64,000 nucleotides of DNA from Camelus ferus (Eukaryota), in NCBI RefSeq assembly GCF_009834535.1, contig NC_045697.1, positions 43,588,001-43,652,000 on the forward strand, read 5' to 3'. The position numbers and the translations under genes are program-made. Positions 39,070 to 51,086 of this stretch are shown here, piece by piece. A model generated the notes under the pieces. The model was not told the origin of the DNA, did not search any database, and was given only the letters and a program-made list of their open reading frames with translations. The first letter of the stretch is position 1. The number at the start of each line of letters is the position of its first letter.

Positions 39070-39190
39070 GAGGGGAGGGTATAGCTCAGTGGCAGAGTAT
39101 GTGCTTAGCATGCACAAGGTCCTGAGTTCAATCCCCAGTACTTCCATTCATACACACATACATAAAAGCTTAATACCCTCCCCTCTCCAA
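39070..39190 (+). mobile_element. tRNA-derived camelid SINE (vic-1 type), about 50 bp from the exon 11 donor
   Basis: A and B boxes present. 13-bp TSD aaaagttgggttt at 39054..39066 and 39191..39203. Confidence 0.92.
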
Positions 39191-39242
39191 AAAAGTTGGG
39201 TTTAATTTTTAAAAAATGACAGTACTTCTGAAAATGTCTTAC

Positions 39243-39322
39243 CAGGGAAGCTCAGTCAATCCTCCTTGTACAGCAATAGCAGACTTAACCCTATTAGCAA
39301 ACTGGACTGCATCTTCTCCTTT
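39243..39322 (-). CDS. GPAT3: GPAT3 coding exon 11 (80 nt): KGEDAVQFANRVKSAIAVQGGLTELPW
   Basis: Acceptor ttttccag|AAA and donor TG|gtaaga. Confidence 0.96.
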
Positions 39323-39819
39323 CTGGAAAAAAAAAAAATTACAAGTACATCCTGGGAACAGAATCTTCAAATAATGCTTTCAAATATCTCATAATCATTT
39401 AGATTTGTTTTAAAATATAAGATTCACATTTTAGCTCAAATATTCTCTATTCTGAATCACAGCAAATATTTGTTCTATCAAGAAAATGTAGTGCTATATT
39501 GTTTAATTTTTTATGATGTGTATATATATATATTTATTATGCTCTTTGTTAGTCTTATTCGAGATACAACATTCCACAACATTTGTAGGTTCAATGAACC
39601 AATAGCAATTGTAAAAACTCTTACGGAAAAGAGTCTCTGAATACAAAAACAGACTGATTTTGAAGAGAGCTAAATATATTTATTTTCAATGACTCATTTG
39701 CTGAGGAGGCAGAAAGAAAGTCCAACTCTAGCTGACGTGAGGAAGACAGATACCCAGGTTTTCGGGTAAAGGTTTTCTTGTCTTTATCTGATTAGATAAA
39801 GCCATTATCTATGGAATAC

Positions 39820-39948
39820 CTCTCTGGTCATAGGGGGCATGTACCACACGTCACAGACAATAGCCCAGCTGGTCATCATTCGAAGCAGGTAGCTCACCAT
39901 GTTGTATTTACTACTGTTCCAAAATGCATCGCCAAATTGAGGATTATA
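39820..39948 (-). CDS. GPAT3: GPAT3 coding exon 10 (129 nt): YNPQFGDAFWNSSKYNMVSYLLRMMTSWAIVCDVWYMPPMTRE
   Basis: Acceptor tctcag|TAT and donor GAG|gtattc. Lies within ORF 39805..40035. Confidence 0.97.
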
Positions 39949-40463
39949 CTGAGAAAAGAGGAAAGAAAATGCATTCCAGTTAAAAATTAAATGGCGGCTT
40001 CTCTCATCCATGTTAATGGCTAACAAGCCAAACATCTCTATCAGACCCCAAGAGAAAGAGAAAAGCTATTTCACTGGACAGAAATGATCAAAAGACTAAA
40101 CCAGGTCAGATAACTCCTCTGACTAGAGCCAGGAACGCTGTGACAGGGAGGTTATTGACATGATCCTTAAATATCTGTCTCCCGACCTGACTGGAAAGCG
40201 GGTCAAAGTAGGAACGGCATCTGTTTTGCTTATCAGTGTATCCTCAGTTCTGGAGCACTGGCCCGGCACACAGTCCCCTGGTACATACTGTATACATATC
40301 AATAGAGAGAAAAGATGATCGAGCAAGTGGGGCAAGTGCAAACAACAGGTAAATCTGAGTAAAGAGCACACAAGTATTCTTTATTAAGTTTGGAATCATA
40401 TCAAAATAAAGTTACCAAGTCACTGCCCTTTTGGGGAGGGTAGGGGTGGATAATCTGTTTTAC

Positions 40464-40549
40464 CTTAATTGCAACTGGATGTATGGTTCCTCCAATTTCA
40501 AAGCTTCCCTTTTTGAACATCATTACTGAAGTATTGTTGATGCAAGTTC
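40464..40549 (-). CDS. GPAT3: GPAT3 coding exon 9 (86 nt): TCINNTSVMMFKKGSFEIGGTIHPVAIK, motif IV
   Basis: Acceptor cctccag|GA and donor AAG|gtaaaa. Confidence 0.97.
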
Positions 40550-41067
40550 CTGGAGGGGAATTGGGGGGGTGGGTGAATATTTTTTAAAGCAGTCAATTTT
40601 TAAACTGATTTTTTAAAATGAATTATTTTGATATAAAATAATTGAAAATATTCACATTATATCACAATTATAGACATTTTACTACCATCTCATAAGTCAA
40701 TTTCTGCTTAAGTAGTAATTCAACAGTTTTAAGGAGATTTACTAACAAATTTTTACTTTATTACTGACTATTCTAGAGATACACAATAGGTGACAATTTC
40801 AATATATTTAAAATAAGGAACCTTAAAAGTTATGGACAATGCCTTTCTAAGTTCATTACCCAAACACAAATTCTAAGATCAAAAAAAGTACCATGACTGC
40901 CATTAAATCTCATAAGGAAGCAGGGAATTACTAGCTCAGAAGCCATCTCATTCCTGTAGGACAGCACAGATCTGAACTAAGAATGCCAATTCTAGAACAA
41001 TCCAATTCCTCATACACTTTTGGTACTTGTCATCAACTATAGCTTGGTAAGCAATCCCCCTTCTTAC

Positions 41068-41123
41068 CTTCAGGAAAGATTAATATGGGTAATTTTTTCT
41101 TATCAGCAATATGTTCTCTTAGT
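41068..41123 (-). CDS. GPAT3: GPAT3 coding exon 8 (56 nt): LREHIADKKKLPILIFPEG, start of motif III
   Basis: Acceptor ttcacag|A and donor G|gtaaga. Confidence 0.96.
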
Positions 41124-42288
41124 CTGTGAAGAAAAATAAAGGATCAAAATTCTACCTTTAAAAAGAGAGGTGGGAATCCTCTTTGGTATTCTTTATACTC
41201 TACTAGCACAAATATAACTGTAACACAGTAAGAAGAAATCAGATTGAAATTCAAGTTGGTCCCTTTCTAAAAAAGTGTAAGGATATGTACACTGCTTCAA
41301 TTTCTCTCATCTCCAAGGAGTGATTTTCAGTGCCTTCTGCCTACTCTTAAAAAACAGTACTAGGCAGTCATGTGACGTGCGCCCTCGAGCCCGTGTCATC
41401 AGCTTTGTGCCTTTCTCCACGTACTTGTATTTCCTCATCTAAAAAGTGGGAATATTGGTTGTGGGACTTGTCCACCTCAAGACCATTAAATATAAGAAAA
41501 CTCCTTCAGTGAGTCAGGCTGAACTTTTCTGTGAAACACACACCATAAAACTAAGAATGAAAGAAGTTCTCCCAAGCTTAGGTCCTGCCCTGCCTGCGGC
41601 CAGCCCTACATTTCCAGCTGCTCACTGGAAGCTGGTAAAGCTGAGATAGAGAGACTACAGCTGCCAGAGTGTATACCACTGCTAAATCATTCCAAGATGG
41701 GGAACAGTTTCCCAACCTTAAAGAAATTCCTTCAGGTACTTTCATTTTTACTCTTAAACGCATGGCCCACCTTCACCCCTACAGAAGCGAGGACTAGAGC
41801 GTCTTCAGTTAAAAGGCAAAAGCTGTTTCCAAACAAAGGCAGCTCAACTCCATCCCAAGTCCCAGGAGCTCCTTCGCCTGTTCCATGAAGAGCATTAGCT
41901 CTGTCTGTCTCTAGACGGATTTAAGTGATAACGGTCACTCAGCAAACACTTAATCAGCCATCTGTTTATTCAGCCAACAGTTACCAATTATTTACCTTCA
42001 AGTAGTAATTTTTAGCTTTAAAAATTCAGTGACTGGATTATCCCTAAGTCCCGGCAATATAAATGTACTGGCCTTTTAATCTCATTGTATATCCCACTAT
42101 GACTACAGAATTAAAAAATCTTTAAATCTAGCTAAGACAGATGATTCACTAGAAAAAGCGAACCATAAACAGAGCTCCGTATGCTGCAGTTTGAGCCCTT
42201 GGTGCTGCTCAGCCCTCTCTGGCAGGAAGGCCACAACTTATCAGACTTTATGCTACCCCCATGGATGCCGAGTAATGCCACTGCTTAC

Positions 42289-42404
42289 CTCTGAGTAACC
42301 AGGTGTCGGTCCTTCATTTCTGAACGTTCAAACCAGACATGTGGACAAGCCTTGACCATAGCTCTCTGAATAATTCCCAGCAATCCACCATGAACCTGGC
42401 CAAC
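42289..42404 (-). CDS. GPAT3: GPAT3 coding exon 7 (116 nt): VGQVHGGLLGIIQRAMVKACPHVWFERSEMKDRHLVTQR, motif II
   Basis: Acceptor ttctag|GTT and donor AG|gtaagc. Confidence 0.97.
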
Positions 42405-42659
42405 CTAGAAGAACCATGAGAAAAAGGGGGAAAATGTAAAGGCATAGCTGTCCAGAGAATGCCTTTTTTTAGTTCCTATTAGTTCCTTTAGTTCCAGTAA
42501 GTTCCTATTTCCCACTCAGAGAAAAGACTGACCTTCTTAATCTGTTCAAAGAGTATAAATAGCCAAATATAAGCACAAAATGTTCTTTAGTAGCATCTTT
42601 GAATTTTGAGCTATGTTGCTACATTAGCTTTACTTCAGTTTTAAAAAGTAGAAATCTTT

Positions 42660-44000
42660 CAGCTGAGTCAAGATAAGGGAAATGCAAATTAAAACTACAC
42701 TGAAATAATGATTTCAGACCCACCAGACTAATAAGGATGCAAAAGCTTGACGATGCACCCTGAGCCAAGGCTGTGGGAAACAGGCACTCTCGCACATTGC
42801 TTGGGATGTGGGAGAGAACAACCCCCACAGAAGGAAACTTGGCAGTATCTATCAGAACTACACATACACTTACCCTTCAACTCAGTAACTCCACTTCTAG
42901 GAATCTACCCTGCAGATATACCTCCAACAAAATGAAAACATATATACACAAGGTTTTCATTGCAGCATTATCTGCAATTGCAAGATACTGAAAAATACCT
43001 ACATGTCTGAACATAAGAACTTAGATGAATACACTATGGTACATACACACAATGCAGTACTATGCAGCTACAAAAAGAACAAGGTTGATCTCTATGACTG
43101 GTAAGGACTGATTCCCAGGAGATGTTAAGTGAAAAAAGCAAACTGCAAAAAAGCAAATGAAGTGTGCCACATTTTGTGTCAGATGGAAGGGGAAGTACAC
43201 ACATTATCTCTACAAAAAGAAAAAATAACCAAAATCAACAAAGCTGTAGATTTCACAAGGGTCAGAGGAAATGGGGCAGAATAGACATGGATGGACTGAC
43301 ACTTCTATGAGTATAGCTTTTTTGTTTAGTTTCGACACTTAGAAGTATGTTAATGTCCCACAAATTCAAAAAATAAATCAATAAAAATAGGACTAGCAAA
43401 GTGCAAGCAAACTTAAACAAAGGAACCCAGCTGTATTTCAAATGAATAAAAGAACCCTGAAGGAAGAGGGAGAGAAAAACTCAAGAAATTTACAAAGACA
43501 GTATTTGACCACATCCGCTCCATCTTAGGTGGGGTACTAGGAACTGCAAAGTACCCTGAATTATTTTACTACATTTGTTTTTTGTAGTAAAACAGGCGAA
43601 GCAGTTCTGAAACAGTTTTAGATCTACTATAGGCTGGAGAAAACAAGCAAACACATTGATACTGTCAGGAAACAAGGTATTCACTGTGAAAAGAGGGAAA
43701 TACGAACATAGATTGATGGAAAGTGAGAAAGAACTCCATGAGTTGAGTGAAATGTTATAGATTCAGATTTCCAATATATTAATATTATACATGAATATGA
43801 AATATAAACATATTGAAATAGAAACATTTATGCACATATTTACGAGAGAGAGAAAGCAGCACATGAAAATGCAAATGATAAAGCAAATGGGGCAAAATGT
43901 TACCAACAGGTTAATGTGGTTAAAGGGCTTATGGATATTTAATGTAACATTCTTATCATTACAATTTCTCTTGTAAGAAAGTATTTCTAAATTTTTAAAA
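42660..44000 (+). mobile_element. Old L1 3' region (L1MC/ME-like), fragmented
   Basis: aagggaaatgcaaattaaaactaca...ccacttctaggaatctaccc, typical ORF2 end and 3' UTR. Confidence 0.7.
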
Positions 44001-44189
44001 AAAGCAGAGATCTTTATTTAGGAGGAAAAAAAAAAAAAAAACTTTGTAAAGCCACTAAGAAGAGATCTTGAATGCTCTTCAGATACATAGCTTATGTTTA
44101 GCCAAAAGAGGACAAGTATGACTTCAGGAAGTTAGCTGTACAGTTTCTCCTACTTCTGCCCTCTACTGACTGATTTCATCCAGTTGGCT

Positions 44190-44495
44190 TAGAGTGGATG
44201 GGGATGAGGAGTGGGACAAAAATAGGGGAAGGGTATTAAGTGGTACAAACTTCCAGTTATAAAATAAGTAAGTCATGAGATGTAATGTACAGCATAAGGA
44301 ATACAGTAAATAATGTTGAAGTAACTTTGTATAGTGACAGATGGTTACTAGGTTTATCCTGGTGATCAATTTGTAATATATATAAATATCAAATTACTGC
44401 ATTGTACACTTGAAACTAGCATAATATTTTACATCAACTACAATTTAAAAACTGACTATACTTCAATAAATACATATACCAAAAAAAAAAATCTA
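44190..44495 (+). mobile_element. L1 3' end (L1MA-like) with a tiny younger L1 terminus in its tail
   Basis: gtacaaacttccagttataaaataagtaagtcatgagatgtaatgtacagca..., then aactgactatacttcaataaa followed by poly(A). Confidence 0.8.
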
Positions 44496-44518
44496 AAAAG
44501 ATAAATCCAACTGACTTT

Positions 44519-45550
44519 TTTTTAATTGAGTTAGTCAGTTTACAATGTTGTGTCAATTCCCAGTGTAGAGCACAATTTTTCAGTTATACATGAACATACA
44601 TATATTCATTGTCACATTCTTTTTCACCATGAGCTACCACAAGATCTTATATATATTTCCCTGTGCTACACAGTATAATCTTGTTTATGATTCTATATAT
44701 ATATATGTCAGTATCTACGAATTTCAAACTCCCAGTCTGTCCCTTCCCACCCTTCTTCCCGCTGGCAGCCACAAGTTTGTATTCTATATCTATGAGTCTG
44801 TTTCTGTTTTGTACTTATGTTCATTTGTCTTTTTCTTTTCTTTCTTTTCTTTTTTTTTAGATTCCACATATGAGCAATCTCATATGGCATTTTTCTTTCT
44901 CTTTCTGGCTTACTTCACTTAGAATGACATTCTCCAGGGACATCCATATTGCTGCAAATGGCATTATGTTGTTGGTTTTTATGGCTGAATAGTATTCCAT
45001 TGTATAAATATACCACAGCTTCTTTTTTTTTTAAACATTTTTTATTGAGTTATAATCGTTTTACAATGTTGTGTCAAATGCCACAGCTTCTTTATCCAGT
45101 CATCTGTCAATGGACATTTAGGCTGTTTCCATGTCTTGGCTGTTGTAAATAGTGCTGCTATGAACATTGGGATGCAGGTGTCTTTTTGAAGTAGGATATA
45201 TGGATATATGCCCAGGAGTGGGATTACTGGGTCATATAGTAAGTCTGCTCCTAGTCTTTTGAGGAATCTCCACACTGTTTTCCACAGTGGCTGCACCAAA
45301 CTGCATTCCCACCAGCAGTGTAGGAGGGTTCCCTTTCCTCCACAGCCTCTCTAGCATTTATCATTTATGGACTTTGAATGACAGCCATTCTGACTGGTGT
45401 GAGGTGATACCTCATTGTAGTTTTGATTTGCACTTCTCTGACAATTAGTGATATTGAGCATTTTTTCATGTGCCTATTGATCATTTGTATTTCTTCATTG
45501 GAGAATTGCTTGTTTAGGTCTTCTGTCCATTTTTGGATTGGGTTGTTTGT
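44519..45550 (-). mobile_element. 5'-truncated young L1 in intron 6 (sense to GPAT3)
   Basis: ORF2 C-terminal remnants (ORFs 45042..45299 and 45365..45583). TSD aaa(t/c)ccaactgacttt at 44503..44518 and 45551..45566. Confidence 0.93.
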
Positions 45551-46554
45551 AAACCCAACTGACTTTAGGCCTTTATCCCTCAACCCATCAGAAAGTTCAC
45601 AGGTACTATAAGCTTTTCTAAACCTTAGCTAATATTGTAATTACACAACTGTACATTGCAAGTGTAACTGCAGTTACTACATATGATGAAAAAGCATGGA
45701 AAATGTGGACAAAATTCTGAGGTCCTCAGGTACAAATGAGTTATACTCAACTCTGTTAACTAGGACACAGAATGAATATTGTCTCAGAGACACAAAATGA
45801 TGCTTTGGGGAAGTTGGTTAAGATGCCTAAACCTCTGTTTTCTCATCTGTAACAAAATCTCAGCCTTAACCTGTTTGGATTTAGTATATGATTTTTAAAC
45901 CTTCTTGGGTTGCAAATACAATGGATATGAAAGTGCTTGTTTGCATAAATGCACAGAATTATTACATACACCCAGAACTGTGCTGGGGCATGTCAAAGGT
46001 TGTTAACATAAGCGTCCTTGGAGAGGCTCTCCGGGGATCCATAAATACCTAGAAATTATACACAAAACTGGGTTTTTATGATGCAAATGTATGTTGTTGT
46101 TTTTCTAAAAAGGGGGTACATAAATGTTAACTGATTGCTAATCTAAAAAAGGTTAACAACTACCAATTCCCATGTCTTTCCAGGGAGATGGATAAAGCTT
46201 CCTTGGATTCAGAAAAAGCTCCACAACTTAGAGAAATTTAACAACATGTTAAAATGTGGTTACCCAAGAGTTATATTTCCAAATTTATATTTTAGACAGA
46301 TAAAATATCTGGCAATAAGTTAGGAGTTTTTACAATGGTCTTCAAAGCCCCCTCAATGATTATATAGCCCATGTATAACTGTGGGTTTTGTGGTTTGTTG
46401 ATGGGTTTTGTTTTCTTTTCTCTTGGGGCTGTAGGCAAGTCAACTACCAGCGCTCCCCACTCTCCCGCCTACAGCAGACACTTGAGTCAACAATGGCTCC
46501 CTTCAGATGCCGTCCCAGAAAAGCACTCCAGACCATGACTGTCAGTCATAGCAG

Positions 46555-46857
46555 TAGGGGCTTAAGAGGTACAAACCGCTATGTAGGAAACAAGTGAGCT
46601 ACAAGGATATATTGCACACCACAGGGAATATAGTCCATCATTTATAATAACTACAGATGGAATGTAACCTTTAAAAACTATGCAGGGGGAGAGAAATAGC
46701 TCAGTGGTAGAGTGCGTGCTTAGTGTGCACCAGGTCCTGGGTTCAATCCCTAGTGCCTCCATTAAAAAAAAAAGTTGGGAATCACTATGTTGTACACCTG
46801 AAATTTATATAATATTGTGCAGAAACTGGTACCTCAATAAAAATTAATTAATTAATT
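46555..46857 (+). mobile_element. L1 3' fragment containing a nested vic-1-type SINE (46685..46773)
   Basis: gaggtacaaacc...aatcactatgttgtacacctgaaa...cctcaataaaa. The SINE has A and B boxes and a poly(A) tail. Confidence 0.88.
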
Positions 46858-47517
46858 AATGGCTCCCTTCAAATGCGTCCCCAGAAAAGCACACTAGACC
46901 ATGACTACTCATCACTGAAGCTGACAAGTGACATAAAAACCATCTGTTCTCTCTGAAGCCCAAGCTACTACCATGAGATATGAAGAGACAGTTCCCCAGG
47001 ATCCCTCTCCCATACTCCACACACCAGCTTAGGGCATATTTACCACCATACAAGGAAAAAGGACACCTTCGGTGATCCTCCAAATTTTACCTGACATGTA
47101 CATGAAAGAGATGAAGGAAATCATGACAAGTTCTTCACGGTAAGAGAAACATTCTTTGATGTGGAAAAAATGCCAGAAGTGCCACAAAAAGGTCTTTTGA
47201 GGTATTTGACTTATTTTACTGTGGGTTTTGTGGTTTGTTGATGGGTTTTTTTTCTTTTCTTTTCGGGCTATAGGCAAGAACTGAGAAGACAATGTGGTAT
47301 AAATATTTGCCTTTCTTGCTTGATCTTCATTAAAGAGCCAGGTTGTTTGTTTTTTGTTTTTGAATTGCATATGACTACTTGAAAGGAGACAGAACTAATT
47401 GGTTGGTAAGGGATTTGAACAGCTCTAAGGAGGAAGATTTTAATGTCTCAAAGTGTTCACTAAACATTGCAGGGATTTTAGAAGCAAGATGGAATCAACT
47501 TCATGAAGTCCTGTCAA

Positions 47518-47914
47518 ACCCACACACCTATGGTCAATCACTCTTTGACAAAGGAGGCAAGAATATGCAAAGGAGAAAAGACAATCTCTTTGGCAAGTGG
47601 TGCTGGGAAAGCTGGACAGCTGCATGTAAATCAATGAAGTTAGAACACTTCTCACATCATACACAAAAGTAATCTCAAAATGGCTTAGAGACTTAAATAT
47701 AAGACAGGACACCATAAATCTCCTAGAAGAGAACATAGGCAAAATATTCTAACATAAATCGTAGCAATGTTTTCCTGGGTCAATCTACCAAGGTAATAGA
47801 AATAAAAGCAAAACTAAACGAACAGGACCTAATTAAACTTATAAGCTTTTGCACAGCAAAGGAAACATAAACAAAACAAAAAGATAACCTACTGGAATGG
47901 GAGAAAATACTTGC

Positions 47915-47948
<34 letters not shown>

Positions 47949-48921
47949 TACTTGCAAATGATGTGACTGACAAGGGCTTAACTTCCAGAATATACAAACA
48001 GCTCACACAACTCAATAACAACAAAAATAAGACAACCCAATCCAAAAATGAGCAGAAGATCTTTCTCCAATGAAAGCATACAGATGGCCAATAAGCACAT
48101 GAAGAGATGCTCAATTTCACTAATTATCAGAGAAATGCAAATCAAAACTACAATGAGGTATCACCTCAGAATGGCCATCATTAAAAAGTCCATAAACAAT
48201 AAATGCTGGAGAGGGTGTGGAGAAAAGGGAACCCTCCTACACTATAGGTGGGAAAGTAAATTGGTGTAGCCACTATGGAAAACAGTATGGAGATTCCTTA
48301 AAAAACTAAAAATAGTTACCATAGGATTCAGCAGTCCCACTCCTGAGCATATCCAGAGGAAAATCCAACTCAAAAAGATAAATGCACCCCAATGTTCATA
48401 GCAGCATTATTTACAACAGCCAAGACATAGAAGCAACTTAAATGTCCATCAAAAGATGACTGAATAAAGAAGTTGTGGTATACAAATATAATGGAATACT
48501 ACTTAGCCATAAAAAATAAAATGCCATTTGTAACAACATGAATGGACCTGGAGATTATTACACTATGTGAAGTAAGTCAGACAGAGAAAGACAAATATCG
48601 TATGATATCACTCATATGTGGAAGCTAAAAAAATGACACAAATGAACTTATTTACAAAACAGAAAGAGATTCACAGACATAGAAAACAAACTTATGATTT
48701 ACCAGAGGGGAAGGTGGGGGAGGAATAAATTAGGAGTTTGGGATTAGCAGATACAAACTACTATATATAGAATAAATAAACAACAAGGACCTACTGTATA
48801 GCACAGGAAACTGTATTCAATATTTTGTAATAACCTATATATATGTACAACTGAATCAGTATGCTGCACACCAGAAACCAACAAAACACTGTAAATCAAC
48901 TATACTTCAGTTAAAAAAAAA
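47518..48921 (+). mobile_element. 5'-truncated L1 (~1.4 kb) in intron 6 (antisense to GPAT3)
   Basis: Frameshifted ORF2 C-terminus (NPHTYGQSLFDKGGKN...[30 protein letters not shown]), 3' UTR and poly(A). TSD aagtcct(g/a)tcaa at 47506..47517 and 48922..48933. Confidence 0.95.
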
Positions 48922-49188
48922 AAGTCCTATCAAGCTCACATATGTCTACATTTCAGTCAATTAACTTCTTACTACCCTAACTATAAAGAAAAATATAATT
49001 TTCTTTCTTTTTCTTGCACTATATATTCCTCATGTAAATATATTACATAACTTACATAGCTACAGTAGTATATAATCCAGTCACTTTCTAATATAAAAGT
49101 AACTTTCTAATTTGTGCCAAAATAAAATAGAAGTTTGAACAGTCCATAATGCATGCAATTACTTGAAACATCAATGAGCTGCTCTTAC

Positions 49189-49282
49189 CATAGCATAGCA
49201 CCCATCCATTGTCAAGATCAAAACATCTATCGGGGATGTGTGGTTGGCAACACAAATGCCTCCCTTCTGGGGTTTGTACTGC
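49189..49282 (-). CDS. GPAT3: GPAT3 coding exon 6 (94 nt): QYKPQKGGICVANHTSPIDVLILTMDGCYAM, catalytic motif I (HxxxxD)
   Basis: Acceptor ttgcag|G and donor ATG|gtaaga. Confidence 0.97.
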
Positions 49283-49734
49283 CTGCAATTACAAACAATA
49301 GTACATACTCAAACTTGAAAAAGAGTCACTGTTTTGCAGAATGGCATGTAGAAATTCATCCTGTTTTGTTTTAAAAAGTACACTAAAAACAGAAAGTAAG
49401 ATGGGCCCATCTTAAAAAGGATGTCTCTAGGCAGTACGATGGGAGGAGGCTAAGAGTACAGGTGAAATGACTCATGATTTCCCTTTTACATATATTTATG
49501 TTGCTTTTTTTGTAATGATCATAGAGTCCTTCTACAATGAAGAAATAATTTTAAAATATTAGACTTAATTACAAAGATTCTATAAGTTTAATCAATTTTA
49601 TGATACGTAAGTTTTACTTATTTTATCATAAATATTTTCATATTATTTCAGTCTTCATATGCATCACTTTTAGTGGCTTCATTGGGATTCACAGAGTAAA
49701 TTTACTATCGTTCCCTCCCTCTTATCACCCTAAG

Positions 49735-49962
49735 GCAGAAGTTGGCAAACTTTTCCTATCGCAGGCCAGATAATACTTCAGGCTTTGCAAGCCAGCCAAT
49801 CTCTGTCAAAACTCCTGGACTCTGCTGTTTGGCACAAAGGAAGCCATAGATAACACGTAGATGAATGAGCAAGGCTGTATTCCAATACAACTTTATTTAC
49901 AAAAACCAGATAGCAGGCCACATTTGGCCTACAGGCCCATAGTGTAATTTGCTGACCTCTGT
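49735..49962. mobile_element. hAT-Charlie MITE (MER58A-like)
   Basis: cagaagttggcaaactttt...ggctgtattccaatacaactttatttacaaaaac...tttgctgacctctg. Confidence 0.82.
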
Positions 49963-50996
49963 CCTAAAGTTAACAAACAGTATTTGACACTGATGAAGCA
50001 AAGCAGTTTTCCTTGGGCCTATACTGAGAAGAAAGGGAGCCACATGCGGAACAACTTTGACATGCTTTCCTGAAAATTAGAAGCAATTCTGTTGTGAACT
50101 CCTCTCTATGTAACTAAAGCACCTCTTCTGTAGAAGATATCACCTCTGATAACAATTTTACCAAATTTTACCAATTTTATTCTGCTCCCCACCAAAAAAA
50201 TTCATAGCCCAATCACAAAATCATATAACTTTCGAAATTTAAGTGGCCTTTTTACATTGGTAACACACGGTAAAGCCAAATGATGAAATGTGTCCCTTCT
50301 AGAAAAGAGACAGAAAGATCCAGTCGGTAAAAAAGAGAGGTTTGTCCTAGGACTTTTAAAACAATGATGTTAAATATAAAAAAATAAAATTGAGTTAACA
50401 GAAGAGTAACTCAAAAACAATCAAAATGACTTTCATGTAGCTAATAACTTCACTTACTTCCTTTAACCTCTTTGTTCTGTTTTAAGGCTCAGTTACTGGA
50501 ATTTTATAAGTCACAGGGCTGAGACTAGAAACCAGGTCTCAGGACTCCTACCAAGTTCAGTCCTCTTTCTCCCATCCTACAGGCTCATTTATTTCACCAT
50601 TTAGAAATTTTTAAATTGACCCAGTGCAAAACCTGGCTCTGCTACTTACTAGCCATGTGACCCTAGACAACCAGTCCCAGAGCTCTCATTTCTTTACCCA
50701 TGAAACAGGAAAACAGCGCCTCTCTGAATGGGATTGCAGATGAGAAGCACACACCTGGCCTGCACACCATAAATGCCCAATTATTTAGTGTCATTGCATG
50801 TTTATTATTATGTTCCCTCTGCAAATGGATTGCTTTTGAAAAGTGTTTTTGTGCCCTGCTATGTGTGTGACACTAAGCAGAAGGGATGAGCACACAGGAA
50901 GTACTCCTCTTTCACCTGCTCCCTCCCACCCACGGCTGTCAATCACAGGCTGGATTTACCCAGAGAGAGGCAGGCTGGAAGTCAGCACCCACTCAC

Positions 50997-51086
50997 TTGT
51001 TATGATAATGAATGGTACCAGAGAGGGCACGAACACAGATTCTGCAGCAAGTCAGGTGGACCAGTTCACTCAGCCAGTTTTTGAGG
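50997..51086 (-). CDS. GPAT3: GPAT3 coding exon 5 (90 nt): LKNWLSELVHLTCCRICVRALSGTIHYHNK
   Basis: Acceptor tttcag|C and donor AA|gtgagt. Seen at the end of ORF 50993..51295. Confidence 0.97.

Noticed and set aside
47379..48269. ORFs with L1 ORF2-like peptides
   Set aside because: These are frameshifted remnants of a 5'-truncated L1 and cannot encode a functional protein.
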